Shown here piece by piece: positions 1 to 10,035 of a stretch of DNA of 64,000 bases. The stretch is taken from contig OZ254086.1 of NCBI GenBank assembly GCA_965267575.1, positions 1,376,001 through 1,440,000 on the forward strand, written 5' to 3'. The stretch comes from Calditrichales bacterium (GTDB lineage Bacteria > Calditrichota > Calditrichia > Calditrichales > J004). A program made the translations under genes and the position numbers. Under the pieces are notes generated by a model, which saw only the letters and a list, made by a program, of their open reading frames with translations, did not search any database and had not been told where the DNA came from. Every line of letters starts with the position of its first letter. Position 1 is the first letter of the stretch.

Positions 1-2
1 TT

Positions 3-206
3 GCCAACCGTCCGCGAAAGCACTGCACCACGGCACACTTCAATATGGTGGCGCTGGATGATGACGGCCGCCCGACGCCGGTACCGGATCTGATTACCGA
101 AACAGAACAGGAGCGGCAGGACTATGAAATTGCTGAGATCGTTAAAAAACAAGCTTTAATACGGAAACAGGAAGTACTAAAGCGTAGGGGCAATAAAGCG
201 AGGTAG
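3..206 (+). CDS. Acyl-CoA thioesterase (hotdog, YciA-like), C-terminal fragment; 5' end outside window
   Basis: Manual translation of frame 3: ANRPRKHCTTAHFNMVALDDDGRPTPVPDLITETEQERQDYEIA...KAR*. The VALD-x2-GRP-x-PVP motif is typical of YciA-type thioesterases. Confidence 0.75.
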   Translation, partial: ANRPRKHCTTAHFNMVALDDDGRPTPVPDLITETEQERQDYEIAEIVKKQALIRKQEVLKRRGNKAR

Positions 207-225
207 CCGAAGAATGCAGGCCTTA

Positions 226-420
226 TTACCGGTTAGACCTGCGGGCCTTTAACATTTTTTTGCGGGCTTCTTTTTGTTTGCGCTTCTTTTTTTCAGAAGG
301 CTTTTCATAAAAACTTCTTTTCTTCATTTCTTTGTAAAAGCCCTCTTTTTGCATGAGCCTTTTCAAAGTCTTCAAAGCACGTTCTACATTATTGTCATGT
401 ACTTTAATCTTCATTGGCAT
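226..420 (-). CDS. rpsU: 30S ribosomal protein S21
   Basis: MPMKIKVHDNNVERALKTLKR...FYEKPSEKKKRK matches the bS21 signature; ATG at 420 follows an AAGGA RBS. Confidence 0.95.
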   Translation of the reverse strand: MPMKIKVHDNNVERALKTLKRLMQKEGFYKEMKKRSFYEKPSEKKKRKQKEARKKMLKARRSNR

Positions 421-539
421 AGGCAATCTTCCTTTCTTTGGTTTTATTTTAGAAACCTTAAATATAACAAATATTTTTCTTATGATAAAATTTATTTTAT
501 CTTATTCTCTTTTTCCAACGACACGGTTTACTGACTTTT

Positions 540-2204
540 ATGCCCTTTATATTGCCCAAGCCCGATGCTTCCGTGATAAGCCTGTTCAAGGCCCTCAAAA
601 AAGAATGGCAGGTTGAACGGCTGCTGTTATTTACCACAGACGAGAAATCCAATAAAACAGTATGCGTTTTTTCCTCGGTGGAGCTAAACAATCATAAAGC
701 CTTTGATTATGATATTTTATCATTAACCGATGAAATCAGGGCATCAGCCGTGACGGACACAGCGCTAAAGTCTATATTCGACTATTACAAAGTGGATGTC
801 CTGTCTCCCATTGAATTACCGGCCTCAGGAAAAATCGTTCTGGGCCTGGCCCAAAACGCATCATTTAGCACTCATTCACGGGAGCTTATTCGTTTTACCG
901 TCCAGCAAAGCCTTAGCCGCCTCTATTTCAAGAGCATGCTGGAAGAGCAGCAGGTGATGATGAATCAGGTCATGTCGGAAGTGTCCTACATGCATGAAAT
1001 AGGGCGCGCCTTTGAAACGACCAGCAATCTTGATAACCTGCTTGAATACATTTTGGGCAAGGCGCAAAAGCTGCTGCAGGCAGAGTCATCTTCACTGATG
1101 ATGTATATTCCTGAAAGCAATGAGCTTGAATTTCGTGTTGTTTTCGGACCCAAGGCGCAAAAGGTAAAGCCGTTTAGATTGCCGGTGGGTCGCGGTATCG
1201 CCGGGTGGGTTGCGCAGAACCAGGAGCCCATTCTTATCGAAGACGCTTACAAGGATCCGCGCTTTGATCCCTCCTTCGACAAGCGCAGCGGATACAGAAC
1301 GCGAAGCATCCTGTGTGTACCGATGGTGCATAAGACAAATACGATCGGTGTAATGACCGTTCTGAACCGGTTGGACAAAAAGCCCTTTGAGAAAAAAGAC
1401 AAAGAGGCGCTAATGCTTTTTGCAACGCAGGCAGCGCTGGCAATCGAAAACGCGCGTCTTCTTATTGATGCCCTGGACAAAGAACGCCTGCACAAAGAGC
1501 TTCAGGTTGCTTCGGAAATACAAAAAAAGCTCATTCCTGATACCCTTCCTGTAATAAAGAATCTGGATATCAGCGCGGTTTATCTGCCCAGTAAAGAAGT
1601 AAGCGGCGATTACTACGATGTTATCCAGATAGATGAAAGGCGCTATGCTTTTGTAGTGGCGGACGTTGCCGGAAAGGGCATTCCCGGCGCTTTGCTGGTT
1701 TCCAATATGCAGGCCAGCCTCTATGCTTACCTGGAGGAAAACCCTGATCTTATTCACGTGGTTTCAAGGCTTAACCGGCGGCTTATTAATACCACCACAT
1801 CCGATCGTTACATCACCTTTTTTATAGGGATATACGATATGCAGGCCGGCGACTTTACCTATGTTAACGCCGGACACAACCCGCCAATGTTATTCAAAAA
1901 AAACTCCGTTGAGCTTTTAAGCACGGGCGGCATTTTTATCGGCAGCATGCAATGGCAATACCAAAAGGCAACAATTGAGCTGAGGCAGGGTGAACTGCTG
2001 CTGCTTTACACGGACGGCCTGGTGGAGGCCATGGATGAAAGCGAGGAAGAGTTTGGTGAAGAGAGACTTAAGCAGATTGTGCAAGATACCCGGGATAAAA
2101 GCAGTGCGGAGATAGAAAGTGGTATCCGGCGTGCCGTTAAGAAGCATACCGGCGGCAAGCAACTGGATGATGATTTTACGCTTATTGTAATTAAAAGAAA
2201 CTAA
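540..2204 (+). CDS. GAF-domain PP2C/SpoIIE (RsbU-like) serine phosphatase
   Basis: GAF region (GRGIAGWV, DPRF, SILCVPM) followed by PP2C motifs SGDYYD, ADVAGKG, NAGH, YTDGLVEA and DDFT. Confidence 0.9.
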   Translation: MPFILPKPDASVISLFKALKKEWQVERLLLFTTDEKSNKTVCVFSSVELNNHKAFDYDILSLTDEIRASAVTDTALKSIFDYYKVDVLSPIELPASGKIVLGLAQNASFSTHSRELIRFTVQQSLSRLYFKSMLEEQQVMMNQVMSEVSYMHEIGRAFETTSNLDNLLEYILGKAQKLLQAESSSLMMYIPESNELEFRVVFGPKAQKVKPFRLPVGRGIAGWVAQNQEPILIEDAYKDPRFDPSFDKRSGYRTRSILCVPMVHKTNTIGVMTVLNRLDKKPFEKKDKEALMLFATQAALAIENARLLIDALDKERLHKELQVASEIQKKLIPDTLPVIKNLDISAVYLPSKEVSGDYYDVIQIDERRYAFVVADVAGKGIPGALLVSNMQASLYAYLEENPDLIHVVSRLNRRLINTTTSDRYITFFIGIYDMQAGDFTYVNAGHNPPMLFKKNSVELLSTGGIFIGSMQWQYQKATIELRQGELLLLYTDGLVEAMDESEEEFGEERLKQIVQDTRDKSSAEIESGIRRAVKKHTGGKQLDDDFTLIVIKRN

Positions 2205-2233
2205 AAAGCCCCGCTCACAGGAACGGGGCTTTT
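2204..2233. terminator. Bidirectional intrinsic terminator
   Basis: AAAAGCCCCG-ctcacaggaa-CGGGGCTTTT between convergent genes. Confidence 0.85.
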
Positions 2234-2247
2234 AATTAATCTTCCCT

Positions 2248-2700
2248 TTACTCTACAACCTTCATAATACCATTCATTGTTTGCCAGTGACCGGGATAGG
2301 TGCAAACATAAGGATAATCACCCGGTTCATCCGGCACTTTAAACGTGACTTCCGTTTGCTGACCGGGTTGAGCCAGACCCGTTGCGGCGATAATGGCATC
2401 ACTATCCGGCAGGTAGCCTTTATCCGGACCGGCCGTCAAAGCATCCTGACCAATAACACCAATATCTGTACCGATATCAGTAATGACTACATTATGAACC
2501 ATGGCCGGTGATGTGGCCGTGTTGTTCATGATAATTTTTACCTGGCTGCCGGCCTTAACGGTAAATTCGGTCTGCTTATACTTCATTTCATTGCCAACCG
2601 GTAAAATGGTAATAACCTCTACTGAGCTACCACCGCAGCTGACAATAAATGCGAACGATATAACAGATAAAAACAAAGCTGATATCTTTTGGCGTATCAT
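2248..2700 (-). CDS. Blue copper (azurin/auracyanin-like cupredoxin) lipoprotein
   Basis: Lipobox-like IVSCGG; type-1 Cu ligands HNVV and C-T-Y-P-G-H-W-Q-T-M. Confidence 0.88.
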   Translation of the reverse strand: MIRQKISALFLSVISFAFIVSCGGSSVEVITILPVGNEMKYKQTEFTVKAGSQVKIIMNNTATSPAMVHNVVITDIGTDIGVIGQDALTAGPDKGYLPDSDAIIAATGLAQPGQQTEVTFKVPDEPGDYPYVCTYPGHWQTMNGIMKVVE

Positions 2701-2767
2701 ATTTCCTCCATTTTAAAATTCGCAATATGAAACAAATTACCAAAATCACATATTTCAAAATGTGAAT

Positions 2768-3613
2768 TTAAAAACGAAATGAACCGCCAATGGCAAAAGT
2801 AAAAGTCCTCGTCAGACCGTCCACATTTACTTTACGCTCCAGCGTGGCAAAAGCCGTTTTGACATACGCGCTCAAGTTTTGCTCCAAAGGATAACTGGCA
2901 ACAAATCCAATATTAACCTGCAGCGGATCGCTGTCCGCGACCGGCTCGTCAACACCGTTTGTGCGCACAAGAGATTCTTCAAGCCGCTTTATGGCCAATA
3001 CTTCGGCTGTTACGACAAATGGCTCGGCGTTAAACGAATAAGCGCCCTTAACGAATACATCATCACCACGCTTTAGGGGTTGTACATTATCGTTAAAAAC
3101 CCGCTCAACATATTGGTACCCAGCGGCAACAAGCCATTGGGAGTGGCGGTAATTCACGCCAAATAAAATATCACTTGTGCCAAGCCCCGTTTGGTACGAC
3201 ATGGGCAGGGCAGCGTCTGCGCGGGGATCACCCGTGGCGAGCTTGGAACCGATTTGTAAAGCCAGGCTGCTCTCATGCACTTTGTAAACAACCTGTTCCC
3301 AGGCGGCAATAATGTCACCGAAACCGGAAACGCTGCCCAGGGGACCGTCCTGCAACCTGAAAACCGGCGCGAAAATCAACAGGTAGCCGTTTTCTAAAAT
3401 CTTGAACCGGCCGTTAACCCGAATGGAATGATAATTGATCTCATCGTCCATACCGCTATAAGCATAGGAATACTCCAGACCAAGCTCGTTATGCAGGGCA
3501 AGAGCGCTGTCGGCGTTGCCCATGCCCAGATTGCATACACCCGCGTCTGAGCACTGTGCGGAAAGATTCGTGGCGCCGGTAAAAATTAAAAAGGCCAGAA
3601 AAAGCGTTCTCAT
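2768..3613 (-). CDS. Putative outer-membrane beta-barrel transporter (MetA-pathway/phenol-degradation-like)
   Basis: Signal peptide, mature N-terminus QCSDAGVC, G-x-GD and QTGLGTSD motifs, alternating hydrophobic strands and a C-terminal Phe. Confidence 0.6.
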   Translation of the reverse strand: MRTLFLAFLIFTGATNLSAQCSDAGVCNLGMGNADSALALHNELGLEYSYAYSGMDDEINYHSIRVNGRFKILENGYLLIFAPVFRLQDGPLGSVSGFGDIIAAWEQVVYKVHESSLALQIGSKLATGDPRADAALPMSYQTGLGTSDILFGVNYRHSQWLVAAGYQYVERVFNDNVQPLKRGDDVFVKGAYSFNAEPFVVTAEVLAIKRLEESLVRTNGVDEPVADSDPLQVNIGFVASYPLEQNLSAYVKTAFATLERKVNVDGLTRTFTFAIGGSFRF

Positions 3614-3625
3614 AAAAGCTCCTTG

Positions 3626-4825
3626 TTAAAAGCTGTAGATTTCAGGCTCCCGGATATCATATTTACGCCGCGTAAAAAAGTGATGTCTCTCTGTACTCAA
3701 CATGCGTCTGAAACCAAGCAGATGAAAAAAATCGACAACCAGCCAGCGCGCGATGCGTCTGTTAACCCGAAAGGTATGCGGATCATCATCCAAAGGTTTA
3801 ATACCGGGAAGCCACATCAGATAGCGATCGACATCCAGGCGGCGCAGCTTTGCGGATAACCGCAGCCAGAACATTCTTATTTCCGCGATTACAAAGAAAC
3901 CGTCGTCACCCTGTTTTTGATAAAGCGGCATAAATATGCGCCCACCCCTTGGTGCAACGATATCATTGTTTTCGCTGCGCGCCAAAAGCTGGCCGCGTCG
4001 TATCGACTGAAAATTAAAGTAACCGGGCAGCATGGTGAAATTCTCGTTCTTTCTGACCCCGTAGCGATAGCAGATCTCAAATACGCGTTTATTAAAAGCA
4101 TTACTTTGCTTCAGGCGCTTAAGGTGCTCGGCAAAAAAAGGAATACTGTCATTACTGATACATCCGGCAAAAACAAGCGCCAGCCAAATAAAGGAAATAT
4201 GATTTTCAATAGATGAAAGCGCGTCATGATGGCCGGCTTCAAAACCCATGGCCACGGGTCCCACTTCATTTATGTAGCTAAGCAACGGTCCATCGAGAAA
4301 CTCCTCGATACCCAGAATGATCGGTACAGGGAAGTGTAGTGCATACTCCCTGTTACGGATCGTATCACCGATGGTGATAAAAGGACAGCTATGTGACGAT
4401 GTAGTGTGAAGGTCGATCAGGTAGAACGGGGGCTTTGAGTTGTCAAAAATAGTCTGCAGACGGCGGTAAATTTCTATCTGTTCTAAAAAATCGGCGCCGC
4501 CGGGTTCCGGGCCGGAGCCGTTTTTCTTAATTGTTTCGATCCGCTCCGCCTGCCAAATGCGGTTTAAATCCTGGGCGATGTAACGCTGGCCCTTTTCCAG
4601 CGCCCGCAAATTACCACTCAGCGCGATAAACTCGCCACGAAAGCCAAAAACATTTTCACGGAGATAATTCAGGATATGCAGCAAAGCGAAGACGCCGCTT
4701 GGCTCATTGCCATGAATACCGGCCATAAAAATAAGCGTCGGTCCTTCTTCCTTGCCCGTAAAGCGGCCAATTTCCCTGTCAACGCGGACTTCTTTTTCAA
4801 GAGCTTTGCTTTTTACCGTAATCAT
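3626..4825 (-). CDS. Succinylglutamate desuccinylase/aspartoacylase family (M14) Zn hydrolase
   Basis: AGIHGNE (HxxE), DLNR, DLH and FEAG motifs. Confidence 0.85.
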   Translation of the reverse strand: MITVKSKALEKEVRVDREIGRFTGKEEGPTLIFMAGIHGNEPSGVFALLHILNYLRENVFGFRGEFIALSGNLRALEKGQRYIAQDLNRIWQAERIETIKKNGSGPEPGGADFLEQIEIYRRLQTIFDNSKPPFYLIDLHTTSSHSCPFITIGDTIRNREYALHFPVPIILGIEEFLDGPLLSYINEVGPVAMGFEAGHHDALSSIENHISFIWLALVFAGCISNDSIPFFAEHLKRLKQSNAFNKRVFEICYRYGVRKNENFTMLPGYFNFQSIRRGQLLARSENNDIVAPRGGRIFMPLYQKQGDDGFFVIAEIRMFWLRLSAKLRRLDVDRYLMWLPGIKPLDDDPHTFRVNRRIARWLVVDFFHLLGFRRMLSTERHHFFTRRKYDIREPEIYSF

Positions 4826-4831
4826 AAATTT

Positions 4832-6751
4832 TTATGAATTTGATCCTTCCAGTTCCTCAAACAGGGCATGACAGATTTTAACGAAATCGTACTCCGTAAC
4901 GATGCCGACCAGCTTCTTGCCAACCGTAACGGGAAGGCATTTCAGGTTCTTTTTGCGCATCACGCGCAGGGCGTCGATGGTGGGTGTTTCCGGTTTAACC
5001 GTTACGGGATTGCGGATCATGACATCGGCGATCGTAAGCCGGCCTGTTTCACCGCCGAAGCTTGTGCCGTAATAATGCATCAACAGGTCGGAAGAAATCA
5101 ATCCGCGCAGCTCGCCCTTGCTATTTTCCACGGGTACATGATGAAAATTGCGCCAGTCCATGATATTGGTAACGAGGTTAACCAGGTCTTCTTCCTTAAC
5201 CGTAAACAGATCCGTGGACATAATCTGAGAAATGTATTTATATCGGTTCACCCAGCTACCCCCTTCCTTTAACTGTGCCATATTCCAGGTGTGCACCGGC
5301 TTGCCGGCACGCTGGCGGTAAAACATGGCTGCCGTACAGGCCACGAGCGCCTCATCATTGGTCACTTCTTTTTTGAGTTGTGAAAAGGAGTCCAGCAGCC
5401 ACTGCGACCCGGTTCTTTGCGAATCTACACGTTCTTCAATAATGCCCATATAGGTGTCAATATCCTTTTCATCTATTTCGGCGTTTTTTAAGCCTGTGCG
5501 TGCTATGGGTATAAGCTCCTTAATGATCAGCTCATGAGAAGGGATCATCTTTTCGTGGCCGATCCATTTGAACTGCGCCCCAAGGCCCATGCGTCCGGCC
5601 TTTACGAAATTTGTCTTGGCTTCATCAAAATCGAGCTTTTCCCAGATGTTGCCGTACTCCGCGGGCATGCCTTTCATCAGGCCAAGCCAGAATGAGGTAT
5701 TGGCAACTTCGTCCACAATGGTAGGGCCGGAAGGCAGCAAGCGGCATTCGATGCGCAGATGCGGCTTGCCATTCATGATGCCGTAACACGGACGGTTCCA
5801 TTTATAGATCGATCCGTTATGCAGCATCAGGCTGTGCAGGCGGGGTATGCGTCCTTCACTGATCATCTCCATGGAATCTTCCTCGATTGGCGAGGTAAAG
5901 ATGACGTGGTGGCGGGCAATGTCTTCCTGGAAAAGCTCAATGATAGAGTTTTGAACCCAGTTGTTGCCAAAGAGCACACGCGGGCTCTTGTCGCGGATAA
6001 CTTTTGTCGATTTGCGAATATCAATGGACTGCTGGAACAGGGCAATCCGCGTTTCCCGCCAGAGCCGTTTGCCCAAAAGCAGGGGGCTGTTGGTCAACGC
6101 CGCCAAAACAGGCCCGGAAATAGCCTGGGCCCAATTATACTTGTCAACAAACTCATCGGTGTCAATCTGGTAATGTACCTGGAAGCTGGTGTTACATGCT
6201 TCGAACAAAATATTCTGATGTTTGGTGATCAGCTCGTCCGTGCCGTTTATATGCAGCTCAAAATGACCGCCGCGGAATTCCAGTAAAAGATCACTAAGAA
6301 TTTTATAGCGCGGGTTGGGTGTAATATTGTCCATTTCCAGATCGCTTTTCTGGATGGTTGGTAGAATACCGGTAAGCAGCGGTTTGGCCTCAAATTTCTC
6401 GGCAGACTTTTCCACGCGCTCCATTGCCTTGCGCAGACCCTGTTCAAGCTGGCTGAAACAATCGCCCTTAAAAAGCAACGGATCAAGATTCATTTCCATG
6501 TTGAAACGGGCGAGTTCCGTGGTAAAATGGGGATCGTTCAAATCTTCGAGAATATTCAGGTTTACCGGCGCAGGCTTCCAGTGCTTGTTAACAAGGCATA
6601 GTTCCTGCTCGGCGCCAATACGTTCAACGCCCTTTTCAAAAAGCCCCTTTTCAAGCATAATTTCAAGCGCTTTCACGTCTTTCAGCATGTTGTAGATAAA
6701 GTCGTTTTTTTCTTCCAGGCGCTTGCTGGTTTTAACACCATATTCACCCAT
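4832..6751 (-). CDS. Glutamate-cysteine ligase family 2 (GCS2/COOH-NH2 ligase) fused to a C-terminal CBS pair
   Basis: IGAEQE, TTELARFNME, CNTSFQVH, NSPLLLGKRLW-x-ETRI, WNRPCY and HLRIECR ligase motifs; CBS pair (IMSTDLFTV...GIVTEYD). Confidence 0.85.
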   Translation of the reverse strand: MGEYGVKTSKRLEEKNDFIYNMLKDVKALEIMLEKGLFEKGVERIGAEQELCLVNKHWKPAPVNLNILEDLNDPHFTTELARFNMEMNLDPLLFKGDCFSQLEQGLRKAMERVEKSAEKFEAKPLLTGILPTIQKSDLEMDNITPNPRYKILSDLLLEFRGGHFELHINGTDELITKHQNILFEACNTSFQVHYQIDTDEFVDKYNWAQAISGPVLAALTNSPLLLGKRLWRETRIALFQQSIDIRKSTKVIRDKSPRVLFGNNWVQNSIIELFQEDIARHHVIFTSPIEEDSMEMISEGRIPRLHSLMLHNGSIYKWNRPCYGIMNGKPHLRIECRLLPSGPTIVDEVANTSFWLGLMKGMPAEYGNIWEKLDFDEAKTNFVKAGRMGLGAQFKWIGHEKMIPSHELIIKELIPIARTGLKNAEIDEKDIDTYMGIIEERVDSQRTGSQWLLDSFSQLKKEVTNDEALVACTAAMFYRQRAGKPVHTWNMAQLKEGGSWVNRYKYISQIMSTDLFTVKEEDLVNLVTNIMDWRNFHHVPVENSKGELRGLISSDLLMHYYGTSFGGETGRLTIADVMIRNPVTVKPETPTIDALRVMRKKNLKCLPVTVGKKLVGIVTEYDFVKICHALFEELEGSNS

Positions 6752-6856
6752 AAGAAGCCCTCTGTTCGTGATACTGTGCAGGAATTTGTGCTGTAGAAAT
6801 GCGCGACCGGCTTGACCGCTCAGCTTAAAATAATACAGACGCTGTTAGCTGACAAC

Positions 6857-7561
6857 TTATAAAACCTGGTGAATTCCAAGGATATCAAGGTCGTTGCCGT
6901 CATAGCGGACCTTGTATCGGCGACCGTGATTTTCCAGCCGGGCAACGAAAGGGGAGGCCAAAACAGGCGTGTCCTGCGGCACCCAGGTCTTTTTCTTTTT
7001 GTCTACAATTATAAACAGACCGTTTTCATCGCCTGAAGCACCAAATGCGTCATAGTCGCCGCTCCAGTGTTCGATGGACGCTTCCTGTTCAAGCTTCTCA
7101 GCCATGGCGGCAACGTCGTCACAGGGCAGCCCCAATTCAGATATTTCCTGAATATTTTTTACCGAAAATGATTGATGCGGTGAGGATGTTAAATTATGGC
7201 GGGCGATGAATTCTACAATATTTCCGGCAGGATCTTCAAAATAAACCGCGTGCGCGTTCCAGGAGGGATAGTCCATAATAATATTGCCGCTGTCATCCAC
7301 CGGCAGCACATCGATCTTTTGCTGCTTTAGCCATTCGGCGGATTCCCCTATGAGGTTTTCTGATATGTTGAAAGCGAAATGATATTGGGCCGGACCGTCA
7401 TAGGGCATCTGCTCGAAAGTAAGCCAGCTGCGGCCGGCGCAAAAGGTGGCGTGCCCGGGACCTGAGCTTTCAGCATCCAGCTTTAGTGTGTTGCGGTAAA
7501 AATCCTCCATTTTATCCAGCTCTTTGCTATAGAGCGTAATGTGCTGAAAAAACATGATCAA
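6857..7561 (-). CDS. VOC/glyoxalase (ring-cleaving dioxygenase-like) protein
   Basis: FYRNTL, YHFAFNI and YFEDPAGNIVEFIAR VOC motifs. Confidence 0.8.
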   Translation of the reverse strand: MIMFFQHITLYSKELDKMEDFYRNTLKLDAESSGPGHATFCAGRSWLTFEQMPYDGPAQYHFAFNISENLIGESAEWLKQQKIDVLPVDDSGNIIMDYPSWNAHAVYFEDPAGNIVEFIARHNLTSSPHQSFSVKNIQEISELGLPCDDVAAMAEKLEQEASIEHWSGDYDAFGASGDENGLFIIVDKKKKTWVPQDTPVLASPFVARLENHGRRYKVRYDGNDLDILGIHQVL

Positions 7562-8241
7562 CCCTTTACGAGACGAGCGAGGCCGCTTCGGCTGACGGGT
7601 ATCTTTTCGCCGCTCTTCAAAACAGCAAGGCGGCTCTGCTCAATTTTTTCCAGATAATCCATATTTATGATATAAGAGCGGTGTACACGTTGGAACGCCT
7701 GTGATTGCAGTTCATCTTCCAGGCTGCTTAATGTTCCGTGGCGAAGATATTTCCCGTTTTCTGTAACAAAACAAACATAATCACCCTGGGCTTCAACGTA
7801 TTGAATATTATTAACAGGCACTACCATCCAGTTGTTGTTTTCCTTTATAAAAATACGACCGACATCAGGTTCCCGGCCTTCCGTACTCTGCATCTTCTGG
7901 CGCAGTTTGTCCAGGCAGCGCGCCAGTCTTTCATCGCTGACAGGCTTTAGCAGGTAATCCACCGCTTCAGCTTCAAAAGCCCGTACCGCATAGTCGTCGT
8001 AAGCTGTAATAAAAACAACGCGCATTGAATGCGGTGTCAGCTTCTGCAACAGTTCAAATCCATCCATTTCCGGCATTTGAATATCCAGAAAAAGTACGTC
8101 AACAGGTGTATTGGGGATTGTTTTTAAAGCCTGATGCGGATCGGTGGCAATACCTGTAATTTCAACATCGGGGTGTTTTTGAAGAGAGATCTTTATACTC
8201 TCGATGGCAAGTGGCTCGTCGTCAACCAGAAAGAGGTGCAT
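7558..8241 (-). CDS. LytTR-family response regulator
   Basis: Receiver domain (VDDE, FLDIQMP, YLLKP) plus LytTR domain (FQRVHRSYIIN, IPVSR). Confidence 0.93.
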   Translation of the reverse strand: MHLFLVDDEPLAIESIKISLQKHPDVEITGIATDPHQALKTIPNTPVDVLFLDIQMPEMDGFELLQKLTPHSMRVVFITAYDDYAVRAFEAEAVDYLLKPVSDERLARCLDKLRQKMQSTEGREPDVGRIFIKENNNWMVVPVNNIQYVEAQGDYVCFVTENGKYLRHGTLSSLEDELQSQAFQRVHRSYIINMDYLEKIEQSRLAVLKSGEKIPVSRSGLARLVKG

Positions 8242-9313
8242 CTTCTTGTGCCTGCGGTTTAGTCAATCTTGGAAGAAACATTCTTACACTAAAATATTGC
8301 TCTCCCTTATGGATTGTCAACCGTGCCTTTTCGCCGTAGCTGTGTTTTATACGATCTCGCAGGTTGTTAAGACCAAAACCGCTTCCGCTGCGCTTGCTGC
8401 TGTTTGCCCGCCAGGGGTTACTTACTTCAATAACAAGGTAGTGTTCGTTGGAATCAATTGTAAGTTCTACGGTGGACCCGCCGGAAATAGTTTCCACACC
8501 GTGCTTGACGGCGTTTTCCAAAAGCGGTTGAAGGCAAAAGGAGATGACGTATTCTTTATCCGGCCGGGTGTTTATGTTGCTTAGGAATTTGAGGCGGTTA
8601 CCCAAGCGCGTGCTTTCAATGGCGATATAATTTTCAGCGTGCTCCAGTTCTTCGGCCAGCGTTACATAATTATTGTCACTGTAGGCAAAGCTGTATCGTA
8701 AAAAATCTGCCAGGTTAAGACAGAGGGCACGCGCTTTGTCCGGCGCCGTGATGCACAAAGCGGAAAGCCCGTTCAGGCTGTTAAATAAAAAGTGCGGGTG
8801 AATGCGCGATTTGAGAAATTGCAGCTCCTGCCGGCCTGCCTTTAGCTGGCTTTGCAGAGCAAGGTTTTCAACCTGGCGGCCTTCTTCCAGCGCGAGGATA
8901 AGATAGCTTATACTGGTGCCCGAAATATATACAAGAAAAGACAGGATCAACAGAACGGGCACAAGCCGCTCAAAGGCGGTACGGTAAAGTTCCAGTCCGG
9001 TTAGCTGAACCAGCAGTTCACTGTACATCATCGAAAGTTGCAGGCCAATGGCCGACATAACCATGACGGTAATGCCGTGGCGCGCCAAAAAAGCACCAAG
9101 ACCAGCCGTATTAAGCGGCGTTACTTTGCAGAGATACCAGACGGAAAGAAATATGAGCAATTGCCCGGCGGCAACCGGTGCCGTCAGAATAAAGGCCTGC
9201 AAAAGGGCTAGGTCCGCAATCAGGTGAACAACGTAAATAACAGCCGCGCTGAACAAGGCCCATGCGATGCCCAGCGCGACTGTTGGTTTCCATTCCCCCA
9301 GAAAAGGATGCAT
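8222..9313 (-). CDS. LytS/YehU-type sensor histidine kinase
   Basis: TM helices, then LKSRIHPHFLFNSLN, QPLLENAVKHG and GSGFGLNNLR. Confidence 0.92.
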   Translation of the reverse strand: MHPFLGEWKPTVALGIAWALFSAAVIYVVHLIADLALLQAFILTAPVAAGQLLIFLSVWYLCKVTPLNTAGLGAFLARHGITVMVMSAIGLQLSMMYSELLVQLTGLELYRTAFERLVPVLLILSFLVYISGTSISYLILALEEGRQVENLALQSQLKAGRQELQFLKSRIHPHFLFNSLNGLSALCITAPDKARALCLNLADFLRYSFAYSDNNYVTLAEELEHAENYIAIESTRLGNRLKFLSNINTRPDKEYVISFCLQPLLENAVKHGVETISGGSTVELTIDSNEHYLVIEVSNPWRANSSKRSGSGFGLNNLRDRIKHSYGEKARLTIHKGEQYFSVRMFLPRLTKPQAQEDAPLSG

Positions 9314-9319
9314 GACAGA

Positions 9320-10009
9320 TTAGTTCTTGATTTCCACGCCACCCATTATCGCCGCTCCCGTAATTGTCAGTTTCCGGGGTTTTAGCGACGCAGCCGTTGT
9401 TTCGGGTTCGGGCGCTTCGGTTACGTTTTCCATTCCACCCAGCAAGGGCGTTCCCTTAAGATTTACCTGCCAATGGCGCGGCACACGGATTTCAATGCCA
9501 CCCCAGAAGGCAAACGTGTCAATAACCATTTCATCGCCGCTCATTTCGGCCTGGCGCAGATCCACCGTACCGCCGCCCATTATGGCCGTAATTTTGCCAC
9601 CCGTAAGCTGGCGCGAGGTAAACACCTGGTCGCCGCCGCCAAGAATCATATCCAGATGAATGTGATCACCGCTTAAATCGGTTTTATCGGTCTTCCAGAA
9701 ATGGTTTTTCAAAATGGCAATGCCAATCGCGATTAACACAAAAGGCCAAAGTTCAAATACGCGGAAGTAGACGACATCCAGACTGCGCAGCAAAAACAGC
9801 ACGCCGGCAATCAGAAAAAGCCAGCCCGAAAAAGACTGCCCGGTCTTATGCCCGTTTATGAGCTGGTTGGCACCGATGGCGATGAGAAAAACAGGCCAGA
9901 AATCAAACAGGTCCACTCCAAGACCCAGGCCCACATTATCCAGGAAAAGCATAATGCCTATAAAAATGATGGCCAGGCCAAAAAACGCTTTAATATCCAG
10001 TGAACGCAT
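9320..10009 (-). CDS. LiaF-like cell-envelope stress membrane protein (DUF2154-type)
   Basis: Four TM segments with WP motifs; C-terminal GG-rich domain (AIMGGGTVDLRQA, GGIEIRVP, AIMGGVEIKN). Confidence 0.82.
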   Translation of the reverse strand: MRSLDIKAFFGLAIIFIGIMLFLDNVGLGLGVDLFDFWPVFLIAIGANQLINGHKTGQSFSGWLFLIAGVLFLLRSLDVVYFRVFELWPFVLIAIGIAILKNHFWKTDKTDLSGDHIHLDMILGGGDQVFTSRQLTGGKITAIMGGGTVDLRQAEMSGDEMVIDTFAFWGGIEIRVPRHWQVNLKGTPLLGGMENVTEAPEPETTAASLKPRKLTITGAAIMGGVEIKN

Positions 10010-10035
10010 GATACACCTCCTTTTGTGTGTGGCCT

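Noticed and set aside
2746-2765. TCACAT-N8-ATGTGA dyad as a CRP/FNR site
   Set aside because: Orientation and spacing do not match TGTGA-N6-TCACA; a short AT-rich dyad could be chance.
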